A stretch of DNA of 64,000 nucleotides, taken from assembly GCA_040954595.2 (NCBI GenBank), contig CM082583.2, positions 9,100,254 through 9,164,253 of the forward strand, written 5' to 3'. The translations under genes were made by a program, and so were the position numbers. The notes beneath the pieces were generated by a model. That model was not told where the DNA came from and searched no databases. It was given only the letters and a program-made list of their open reading frames with translations. The DNA is from Balanoglossus misakiensis (lineage: Eukaryota > Animalia > Hemichordata). This document shows, piece by piece, positions 53,054 to 64,000 of this stretch (the first letter of the stretch is position 1; every line of letters begins with the position of its first letter).

Positions 53054-53109
53054 ATTAAATTAGATCATGATTTTTGCAACTGTGTGTGTTGTTGTTGTTT
53101 GTTTGTTGG
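53054..53109 (+). terminator. Candidate ADAMTS polyadenylation site
   Basis: ATTAAA at 53054-53059, followed about 20 nt later by a GT-rich tract (tgtgtgtgttgttgttgtttgtttgttgg); implies a 3' UTR of about 1.8 kb. Confidence 0.5.
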
Positions 53110-53289
53110 TCTGAGAGCTTAAGCCACGTTTAGATACATCGCACTCATCACATGACGAATAAGATTTCCTGTGTCAAAGGTCATACAAGCTGACGCCGCA
53201 TATTCATTCAAACATAACACATTCTGTCGTCTGTCGACAAGGACGATACCTGTAAATATTTCGCTCCCTGACTACACAGATATTAATAC

Positions 53290-53502
53290 AAGGGCGCATG
53301 CGTCATGACTTCCAAAAAGATAACGGAACTCTTCTCCACTAAGAAATCGACAATGTCAACTGGCAGTTTATGATGATCATGTCCTATTATTCCTTGGTCC
53401 GCGAGGAAAGTGGCGTTACTTCATAGAGTTGGTTGAGAAGATTTGCTTCGTATTAATCGGTGCTTCCTCCTGCGTTGAATTTCGAGATTCCACGAGGTAA
53501 GT
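53290..53502 (+). promoter_or_regulatory. Candidate promoter and non-coding first exon of the STRA6-like gene
   Basis: NRF1-like GCGCATGCG at about 53294; consensus donor GAG|GTAAGT at 53497; matching acceptor ttgcattag at 54169, 10 nt before the ATG at 54180. Confidence 0.5.
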
Positions 53503-54179
53503 GAGACTACCACTATAGTCACATTGTAGAGCATCACGAATTTCTCTAGCGTTAACCGGACATTTCCGGCCATGAATGCTCGTATTTCAGCTACAAACGA
53601 TATCGCCATCCCTTGACAACCGGGACACAGTGCTGTAATGTAAGTTGAGTAAACCCGCAAATTTTTTACGATGTTCATACTACTGTCTGTACCAAAATAT
53701 TTTGGGTGAAACTCGAGAGATATTAATGTCAGCTTACCCCACGTCGTCCAACAATTTTGTAAATTAATAACAAAATAAAAGACGGTTAGTCAAGAAAAAA
53801 TCACACCGTATTTGTTCATGTGTGTATTGCTAAACCTGTGTAATCGATCCGGATACGGATACGGAAAGCACACCAAAAGGTAAACAGTGACCTCAGAATG
53901 ACGTATGTTGGGGTCAACGTTCGTAATCGTCCGATGAGTAAATCTGTGATGGAGTGACCGTGCTGTGATACAGCACAACCACTTTGTTGATGTGCCCTGT
54001 AAGGTGTGTTAATCCGAGCATTAGAGTGATAAACATCATTTTGCTTCCCCCTACATGTACGTCAACCCACAGGGAGACGTATCACAATTCTATGCACCCA
54101 ATCTAACCTGTACTGTACTGTACTGTACAGTATTGTATTATACTACATATATATTATACTTTGCATTAGGGTCAATAGT

Positions 54180-55482
54180 ATGTCATATTGCGAGAAGACA
54201 TACTGTGAAAATGTAACAGAGATCATATTGGCGTTGTTACCAGACGGCTATGACTCATGGTCAGATGAGGAACTGGCCGGCTATTTAGATTCCACCTACA
54301 ACGCCACGGATGAATTCAAAGAATACATCACAGTTTGCTACGATTTCATCAACGAATATCTCCTAGCAGATAATATTTTACGCATTCTTGACCTTTGGTT
54401 GTTTGGGTAAGGCCAGGCCGTTATAATCCTTTTTTTCATGTGACGACAATCTCTTAAAAATGCATTTTTAAAATGGGTTCAACTAAAAGGACAAACAAGG
54501 ACCAATGCTATAAAAGGTTATGATCACATAGCCCAGATGACGTTGACAGGAGAGCTGATCGCTGCTGACCATCTCCTGATATTGTGAAAATAAATCTCAT
54601 GAGCATGATACGTACATACTGACATCATGTTGTTGACATCATATATTTTCTTTGCTGTTTCACGCCTTCACATTGACGGACATTTTTATGTAAACTGCTT
54701 TCACTTTTTTTCAGACCACATGGATGCGACAATCCCCGCTATGATTTTCTTATGTGGTTGAAATTCGCCATTATTCCTGCCGTAGGTATAATTCTAACTA
54801 TGGTGGTGATGGTGGTGGTGGTGGTGAGCTGTCTATAAACTGTACCGCGACATGACTTTAAGTAATGCAAATACCTTAATCAGTTGGTGATAAATTTACT
54901 TTCTATCTCGCCATACGTGTGTCTGTGTGTCTTACATTCCTCTCCCTCCCCATCTCCCTCTATCTCCCTTCTCTCCGTCTCTCTAAACAGACTCTAATCA
55001 TCATAATCCTCACAATACTTCAAGAGAGAAAATCCAGTCTGATACCATGGTGCCAGCCGAAAGTGGGACTGCAGTAGTAAGATCTAGCCTTTGTCTTCGC
55101 TGGTTTAATAATTCTTTACTCTCATGAACGTCAGCGATTATGCCATCGTAAACAGATAGTCACGTGATTTCAAATGTGACCAGGAGAAAAAAGTTCATTC
55201 ATGTCTCCAATGACGACTGCTTTCGCAAGTTATGCAAACCACAATAATAAATCGTTAAGTATGGTATTTATGATTTTTGTGAGTAATGTGAGTAATATTA
55301 AAATGTGACCGAACTTGACTTGTTGATTCACAGTACAGTGAATTTACTGGATGGTTACACGGACCGTCTGGCCTACGCCTGTTGTTTTGGATTCACCTCG
55401 TCGTGTATCCTTGATCTGTTCAGAGGTGAATACTACTTGGACATCGACTACAATTGTATCGATGCTTCCAGGGCGTTAAAAG
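54180..55482 (+). CDS. STRA6: STRA6-like (STRA6/RBPR2 family) multipass membrane protein, first four coding exons; the remainder is not in the window
   Basis: Exons 54180-54406, 54715-54781, 54991-55076 and 55334-55482 join in frame: ...GCDNPRYDFLMWLKFAIIPATLIIIILTILQERKSSLIPWCQPKVGLQYTVNLLDGYTDRLAYACCFGFTSSCILDLFRGEY. This resembles the STRA6-like N-terminus (Cys, TM1 IP...II..L..LQ.R, G...[P/T]V.LL, R..Y...FG). Family assignment is by recognition, not by search. Confidence 0.75.
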
Positions 55483-55557
55483 GTAAGTATGCATGTATGT
55501 ACATGGACTGATGAATGCATAGCTCACACAAAAACATCATAAAGTAACCATTTGACC

Positions 55558-55855
55558 ATTTTCGACATCGCGGATTTTCGTGTCTTTGTCATTTCTGGAC
55601 ATTTTTCATGAGTTATAGCTCACGAAAATCATCAAAAAAAGACAATTTTTCGACTTAGCGAATTTTCAAAATTTCTTCATTTAAAAAAAAATAATGGGTT
55701 ATAGCTCATGAAAATTATCCCAAAATGACAATTTTTCGACTTTGCAAAATCTCGAAATTTCGTCGATTATAGAAAAAAATCATGGGTTATAGCTCATGAA
55801 AATCGTCAAAAAAGGACAATTTTTCGACATTGCGAAATCTCGAAATTCGGTCGCT
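55558..55855 (-). repeat. About three diverged, inverted copies of the 88-bp satellite monomer
   Basis: atgggttatagctcatgaaa at about 55695 and 55782 and gttatagctcacgaaaat at about 55612 are reverse complements of ttttcatgagctataacccat. Confidence 0.9.
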
Positions 55856-58800
55856 TTTCATGAGCTATAACCCATGATTTTTTCCAAAAATCGACGAATT
55901 TACGAGATTTCGCAAAGTCGAAAAATTGTAATTTTTTGACGATTTTCATGAGCAATAACCCATGATTTTTTTCCAAACCTCGACGAATTTTCGAGATTTC
56001 GCAAAGTCGAAAAATCGTCGATTTTTGAAGATTTTCCTGAGCTATAACCCATGGTTTTTATCAAAAAATCACCAAATTTTGAAAATTCGCAAAGTCGAAA
56101 AATCGTCGATTTTTGAAGATTTTCCTGAGCTATAACCCATGGTTTTTATCAAAAAATCACCAAATTTTGAAAATTCGCAAAGTCGAAAAATCGTCGATTT
56201 TTGAAGATTTTCCTGAGCTATAACCCATGGTTTTTATCAAAAAATCACCAAATTTTGAAAATTCGCAAAGTCGAAAAATCGTCGATTTTTGAAGATTTTC
56301 CTGAGCTATAACCCATGGTTTTTATCAAAAAATCACCAAATTTTGAAAATTCGCAAAGTCGAAAAATCGTCGATTATTGAAGATTTTCCTGAGCTATAAC
56401 CCATGGTTTTTGTCGAAAAATCACCAAATTTTGAAATTTCGCGAAGTCGAAAAATTGACATTTCTGGATGATTTTCATGAGCTATAACCCATGGTTTTTG
56501 TCGAAAAACCACCAAATTTTGAAATTTCGCGAAGTCGAAAAATTGACATTTCTGGATGATTTTCATGAGCTATAACCCATGGTTTTTGTCGAAAAACCAC
56601 CAAATTTTGAAATTTCGCGAAGTCGAAAAATTGACATTTCTGGATGATTTTCATGAGCTATAACCCATGGTTTTTGTCGAAAAACCACCAAATTTTGAAA
56701 TTTCGCGAAGTCGAAAAATTGACATTTCTGGATGATTTTCATGAGCTATAACCCATGGTTTTTGTCGAAAAACCACCAAATTTTGAAATTTCGCGAAGTC
56801 GAAAAATTGACATTTCTGGATGATTTTCATGAGCTATAACCCATGGTTTTTGTCGAAAAACCACCAAATTTTGAAATTTCGCGAAGTCGAAAAATTGACA
56901 TTTCTGGATGATTTTCATGAGCTATAACCCATGGTTTTTATCAAAAAATCACCAAATTTTGAAAATTCGCAAAGTCGAAAAATTGACATTTCTGGATGAT
57001 TTTCATGAGATATAACCCATGGTTTTTGTCGAAAAACCACCAAATTTTGAAATTTCGCGAAGTCGAAAAATTGACATTTCTGGATGATTTTCATGAGCTA
57101 TAACTCATGGTTTTTGTCAAAAAACCACCAAATTTTGAAATTTCGCGAAGTCGAAAAATTGACATTTCTGGATGATTTTCATGAGCTATAACCCATGGTT
57201 TTTGTCGAAAAACCACCAAATTTTGAAATTTCGCGAAGTCGAAAAATTGACATTTCTGGATGATTTTCATGAGCTATAACCCATGGTTTTTGTCGAAAAA
57301 CCACCAAATTTTGAAATTTCGCGAAGTCGAAAAATTGACATTTCTGGATGATTTTCATGAGCTATAACCCATGGTTTTTGTCGAAAATCGAAGAAATTTT
57401 GAAAATTCGCAAAGTGGAAAAATTGACATTTCTGGATGATTTTCCTGAGCTATAACCCATGGTTTTTATCAAAAAATCACCAAATTTTGAAAATTCGCAA
57501 AGTCGAAAAATCGTCGATTTTTGAAGATTTTCCTGAGCTATAACCCATGGTTTTTATCAAAAAATCACCAAATTTTGAAAATTCGCAAAGTCGAAAAATC
57601 GTCGATTTTTGAAAATTTTCCTGAGCTATAACCCATGGTTTTTGTCGAAAAACCACCAAATTTTGAAATTTCGCGAAGTCGAAAAATTGACATTTCTGGA
57701 TTATTTTCATGAGCTATAACCCATGGTTTTTGTCGAAAAACCACCAAATTTTGAAATTTCGCGAAGTCGAAAAATTGACATTTCTGGATGATTTTCATGA
57801 GCTATAACCCATGGTTTTTGTCGAAAACCAACAAATTTTGAAATTTCGCGAAGTCGAAAAATTGACATTTCTGGATGATTTTCATGAGCTATAACCCATG
57901 GTTTTTGTCGAAAAACCACCAAATTTTGAAATTTCGCGAAGTCGAAAAATTGACATTTCTGGATGATTTTCATGAGCTATAACCCATGGTTTTTGTCGAA
58001 AAACCACCAAATTTTGAAATTTCGCGAAGTCGAAAAATTGACATTTCTGGATGATTTTCATGAGCTATAACCCATGGTTTTTGTCGAAAAACCACCAAAT
58101 TTTGAAATTTCGCGAAGTCGAAAAATTGACATTTCTGGATGATTTTCATGAGCTATAACCCATGGTTTTTGTCGAAAAACCACCAAATTTTGAAATTTCG
58201 CGAAGTCGAAAAATTGACATTTCTGGATGATTTTCATGAGCTATAACCCATGGTTTTTGTCGAAAAACCACCAAATTTTGAAATTTCGCGAAGTCGAAAA
58301 ATTGACATTTCTGGATGATTTTCATGAGCTATAACCCATGGTTTTTGTCGAAAAACCACCAAATTTTGAAATTTCGCGAAGTCGAAAAATTGACATTTCT
58401 GGATGATTTTCATGAGCTATAACCCATGGTTTTTGTCGAAAAACCACCAAATTTTGAAATTTCGCGAAGTCGAAAAATTGACATTTCTGGATGATTTTCA
58501 TGAGCTATAACCCATGGTTTTTGTCGAAAAACCACCAAATTTTGAAATTTCGCGAAGTCGAAAAATTGACATTTCTGGATGATTTTCATGAGCTATAACC
58601 CATGGTTTTTGTCGAAAATCGAAGAAATTTTGAAAATTCGCAAAGTCGAAAAATTGACATTTCTGGATGATTTTCATGAGCTATAACCCATGGTTTTTGT
58701 CGAAAATCGAAGAAATTTTGAAAATTCGCAAAGTCGAAAAATTGACATTTCTGGATGATTTTCATGAGCTATAACCCATGGTTTTTGTCGAAAATCGAAG

Positions 58801-61800
58801 AAATTTTGAAAATTCGCAAAGTCGAAAAATTGACATTTCTGGATGATTTTCATGAGCTATAACCCATGGTTTTTATCAAAAAATCACCAAATTTTGAAAA
58901 TTCGCAAAGTCGAAAAATCGTCGATTTTTGAAGATTTTCCTGAGCTATAACCCATGGTTTTTATCAAAAAATCACCAAATTTTGAAAATTCGCAAAGTCG
59001 AAAAATCGTCGATTTTTGAAGATTTTCCTGAGCTATAACCCATGGTTTTTATCAAAAAATCACCAAATTTTGAAAATTCGCAAAGTCGAAAAATCGTCGA
59101 TTTTTGAAGATTTTCCTGAGCTATAACCCATGGTTTTTATCAAAAAATCACCAAATTTTGAAAATTCGCAAAGTCAAAAAATCGTCGATTTTTGAAGATT
59201 TTCCTGAGCTATAACCCATGGTTTTTGTCGAAAAATCACCAAATTTTGAAATTTCGCGAAGTCGAAAAATTGACATTTCTGGATGATTTTCATGAGCTAT
59301 AACCCATGGTTTTTGTCGAAAAACCACCAAATTTTGAAATTTCGCGAAGTCGAAAAATTGACATTTCTGGATGATTTTCATGAGCTATAACCCATGGTTT
59401 TTGTCGAAAAACCACCAAATTTTGAAATTTCGCGAAGTCGAAAAATTGACATTTCTGGATGATTTTCATGAGCTATAACCCATGGTTTTTGTCGAAAACC
59501 AACAAATTTTGAAATTTCGCGAAGTCGAAAAATTGACATTTCTGGATGATTTTCATGAGCTATAACCCATGGTTTTTGTCGAAAAACCACCAAATTTTGA
59601 AATTTCGCGAAGTCGAAAAATTGACATTTCTGGATGATTTTCATGAGCTATAACCCATGGTTTTTGTCGAAAAACCACCAAATTTTGAAATTTCGCGAAG
59701 TCGAAAAATTGACATTTCTGGATGATTTTCATGAGCTATAACCCATGGTTTTTGTCGAAAAACCACCAAATTTTGAAATTTCGCGAAGTCGAAAAATTGA
59801 CATTTCTGGATGATTTTCATGAGCTATAACCCATGGTTTTTGTCGAAAAACCACCAAATTTTGAAATTTCGCGAAGTCGAAAAATTGACATTTCTGGATG
59901 ATTTTCATGAGCTATAACCCATGGTTTTTATCAAAAAATCACCAAATTTTGAAAATTCGCAAAGTCGAAAAATCGTCGATTTTTGAAGATTTTCCTGAGC
60001 TATAACCCATGGTTTTTATCAAAAAATCACAAAATTTTGAAAATTCGCAAAGTCGAAAAATCGTCGATTTTTGAAGATTTTCCTGAGCTATAACCCATGC
60101 TTTTTATCAAAAAATCACCAAATTTTGAAAATTCGCAAAGTCGAAAAATCGTCGATTTTTGAAGATTTTCCTGAGCTATAACCCATGGTTTTTATCAAAA
60201 AATCACCAAATTTTGAAAATTCGCAAAGTCGAAAAATCGTCGATTTTTGAAGATTTTCCTGAGCTATAACCCATGGTTTTTATCAAAAAATCACCAAATT
60301 TTGAAAATTCGCAAAGTCGAAAAATCGTCGATTTTTGAAGATTTTCCTGAGCTATAACCCATGGTTTTTTTCAAAAAATCACCAAATTTTGAAATTTCGC
60401 GAAGTCGAAAAATTGACATTTCTGGATGATTTTCATGAGCTATAACCCATGGTTTTTGTCGAAAAACCACCAAATTTTGAAATTTCGCGAAGTCGAAAAA
60501 TTGACATTTCTGGATGATTTTCATGAGCTATAACCCATGGTTTTTGTCGAAAACCAACAAATTTTGAAATTTCGCGAAGTCGAAAAATTGACATTTCTGG
60601 ATGATTTTCATGAGCTATAACCCATGGTTTTTGTCGAAAAACCACCAAATTTTGAAATTTCGCGAAGTCGAAAAATTGACATTTCTGGATGATTTTCATG
60701 AGCTATAACCCATGGTTTTTGTCGAAAAACCACCAAATTTTGAAATTTCGCGAAGTCGAAAAATTGACATTTCTGGATGATTTTCATGAGCTATAACCCA
60801 TGGTTTTTGTCGAAAAACCACCAAATTTTGAAATTTCGCGAAGTCGAAAAATTGACATTTCTGGATGATTTTCATGAGCTATAACCCATGGTTTTTGTCG
60901 AAAAACCACCAAATTTTGAAATTTCGCGAAGTCGAAAAATTGACATTTCTGGATGATTTTCATGAACTATAACCCATGGTTTTTGTCGAAAAACCACCAA
61001 ATTTTGAAATTTCGCGAAGTCGAAAAATTGACATTTCTGGATGATTTTCATGAGCTATAACCCATGGTTTTTGTCGAAAAACCACCAAATTTTGAAATTT
61101 CGCGAAGTCGAAAAATTGACATTTCTGGATGATTTTCATGAGCTATAACCCATGGTTTTTGTCGAAAAACCACCAAATTTTGAAATTTCGCGAAGTCGAA
61201 AAATTGACATTTCTGGATGATTTTCATGAGCTATAACCCATGGTTTTTGTCGAAAAACCACCAAATTTTGAAATTTCGCGAAGTCGAAAAATTGACATTT
61301 CTGGATGATTTTCATGAGCTATAACCCATGGTTTTTGTCGAAAATCGAAGAAATTTTGAAAATTCGCAAAGTCGAAAAATTGACATTTCTGGATGATTTT
61401 CATGAGCTATATATAACCCATGGTTTTTGTCGAAAATCGAAGAAATTTTGAAAATTCGCAAAGTCGAAAAATTGACATTTCTGGATGATTTTCATGAGCT
61501 ATAACCCATGGTTTTTGTCGAAAATCGAAGAAATTTTGAAAATTCGCAAAGTCGAAAAATTGACATTTCTGGATGATTTTCATGAGCTATAACCCATGGT
61601 TTTTATCAAAAAATCACCAAATTTTGAAAATTCGCAAAGTCGAAAAATCGTCGATTTTTGAAGATTTTCCTGAGCTATAACCCATGGTTTTTATCAAAAA
61701 ATCACCAAATTTTGAAATTTCGCGAAGTCGAAAAATTGACATTTCTGGATGATTTTCATGAGCTATAACCCATGGTTTTTGTCGAAAAACCACCAAATTT

Positions 61801-64000
61801 TGAAATTTCGCGAAGTCGAAAAATTGACATTTCTGGATGATTTTCATGAGCTATAACCCATGGTTTTTGTCGAAAAACCACCAAATTTTGAAATTTCGCG
61901 AAGTCGAAAAATTGACATTTCTGGATGATTTTCATGAGCTATAACCCATGGTTTTTGTCGAAAAACCACCAAATTTTGAAATTTCGCGAAGTCGAAAAAT
62001 TGACATTTCTGGATGATTTTCATGAGCTATAACCCATGGTTTTTGTCGAAAAACCACCAAATTTTGAAAATTCGCGAAGTCGAAAAATTGACATTTCTGG
62101 ATGATTTTCATGAGCTATAACCCATGGTTTTTGTCGCTAAACCACCAAATTTTGAAATTTCGCGAAGTCGAAAAATTGACATTTCTGGATGATTTTCATG
62201 AGCTATAACCCATGGTTTTTGTCGAAAAACCACCAAATTTTGAAAATTCGCAAAGTCGAAAAATTGACATTTCTGGATGATTTTCATGAGCTATAACCCA
62301 TGGTTTTTATCAAAAAATCACCAAATTTTGAAAATTCGCAAAGTCGAAAAATCGTCGATTTTTGAAGATTTTCCTGAGCTATAACCCATGGTTTTTATCA
62401 AAAAATCACCAAATTTTGAAAATTCGCAAAGTCGAAGAATCGTCGATTTTTTAAGATTTTCCTGAGCTATAACCCATGGTTTTTATCAAAAAATCACCAA
62501 ATTTTGAAAATTCGCAAAGTCGAAAAATCGTCGATTTTTGAAGATTTTCCTGAGCTATAACCCATGGTTTTTTATCAAAAAATCACCAAATTTTGAAAAT
62601 TCGCAAAGTCGAAAAATCGTCGATTTTTGAAGATTTTCCTGAGCTATAACCCATGGTTTTTATCAAAAAATCACCAAATTTTGAAAATTCGCAAAGTCGA
62701 AAAATCGTCGATTTTTGAAGATTTTCCTGAGCTATAACCCATGGTTTTTATCAAAAAATCACCAAATTTTGAAAATTCGCAAAGTCGAAAAATCGTCGAT
62801 TTTTGAAGATTTTCCTGAGCTATAACCCATGGTTTTTATCAAAAAATCACCAAATTTTGAAAATTCGCAAAGTCGAAAAATCGTCGATTTTTGAAGATTT
62901 TCCTGAGCTATAACCCATGGTTTTTATCAAAAAATCACCAAATTTTGAAAATTCGCAAAGTCGAAAAATCGTCGATTTTTGAAGATTTTCCTGAGCTATA
63001 ACCCATGGTTTTTATCAAAAAATCACCAAATTTTGAAAATTCGCAAAGTCGAAGAATCGTCGATTTTTTAAGATTTTCCTGAGCTATAACCCATGGTTTT
63101 TATCAAAAAATCACCAAATTTTGAAAATTCGCAAAGTCGAAAAATCGTCGATTTTTGAAGATTTTCCTGAGCTATAACCCATGGTTTTTTATCAAAAAAT
63201 CACCAAATTTTGAAAATTCGCAAAGTCGAAAAATCGTCGATTTTTGAAGATTTTCCTGAGCTATAACCCATGGTTTTTATCAAAAAATCACCAAATTTTG
63301 AAAATTCGCAAAGTCGAAAAATCGTCGATTTTTGAAGATTTTCCTGAGCTATAACCCATGGTTTTTATCAAAAAATGACCAAATTTTGAAAATTCGCAAA
63401 GTCGAAAAATCGTCGATTTTTGAAGATTTTCCTGAGCTATAACCCATGGTTTTTATCAAAAAATCACCAAATTTTGAAAATTCGCAAAGTCGAAAAATCG
63501 TCGATTTTTGAAGATTTTCCTGAGCTATAACCCATGGTTTTTATCAAAAAATCACCAAATTTTGAAAATTCGCAAAGTCGAAAAATCGTCGATTTTTGAA
63601 GATTTTCCTGAGCTATAACCCATGGTTTTTATCAAAAAATCACCAAATTTTGAAAATTCGCAAAGTCGAAAAATCGTCGATTTTTGAAGATTTTCCTGAG
63701 CTATAACCCATGGTTTTTATCAAAAAATCACCAAATTTTGAAAATTCGCAAAGTCGAAAAATCGTCGATTTTTGAAGATTTTCCTGAGCTATAACCCATG
63801 GTTTTTTATCAAAAAATCACCAAATTTTGAAAATTCGCAAAGTCGAAAAATCGTCGATTTTTGAAGATTTTCCTGAGCTATAACCCATGGTTTTTATCAA
63901 AAAATCACCAAATTTTGAAAATTCGCAAAGTCGAAAAATCGTCGATTTTTGAAGATTTTCCTGAGCTATAACCCATGGTTTTTATCAAAAAATGACCAAA
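55856..64000 (+). repeat. 88-bp tandem satellite array, more than 90 copies, running off the window end
   Basis: gagctataacccatgg recurs every 88 bp (e.g. 56039, 56127). Type A: ...tttttatcaaaaaatcaccaaattttgaaaattcgcaaagtcgaaaaatcgtcgatttttgaagattttcct. Type B: ...tttttgtcgaaaaaccaccaaattttgaaatttcgcgaagtcgaaaaattgacatttctggatgattttcat. Minor type C contains gtcgaaaatcgaagaaatttt. Confidence 0.99.

Noticed and set aside
55856-64000. CRISPR-like array or repeated 77-88 aa ORFs (MKIIQKCQFFDFAKF...)
   Set aside because: There are no unique spacers and no cas genes, and the context is eukaryotic. The ORFs are chance minus-strand translations of the satellite.

Overview
Eukaryotic genomic DNA with spliced genes. 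Intron style, the abundant TACATGTA motif and the gene set suggest an invertebrate deuterostome such as a hemichordate, echinoderm or cephalochordate (inference). Three + strand genes were reconstructed by hand from GT-AG exons. (1) The 3' part of a fibrillin gene (471-19627, 51 coding exons) has the vertebrate module order, an RGD in TB4, an unusual ~147-aa Gly/Gln/Tyr-rich insertion before the furin site, and an asprosin-like C-terminal propeptide. (2) A complete ADAMTS7/12-like metalloprotease gene (27318-51261, 23 coding exons, about 1342 aa). (3) The 5' exons of a STRA6-like membrane protein (54180-55482). An ADAMTS intron holds a 427-bp non-autonomous DNA transposon with 130-bp TIRs and a 9-bp TSD. 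From about 55.6 kb to the end of the window lies an 88-bp satellite array with an inverted start, several monomer types and two higher-order periodicities (2726 bp and 617 bp). CpG content appears to switch from depleted to rich at about 20.7 kb, where a CTCF-like motif and a CCAAT-box cluster sit. Most short ORFs in the supplied track are exon fragments with intronic read-through, or noise.
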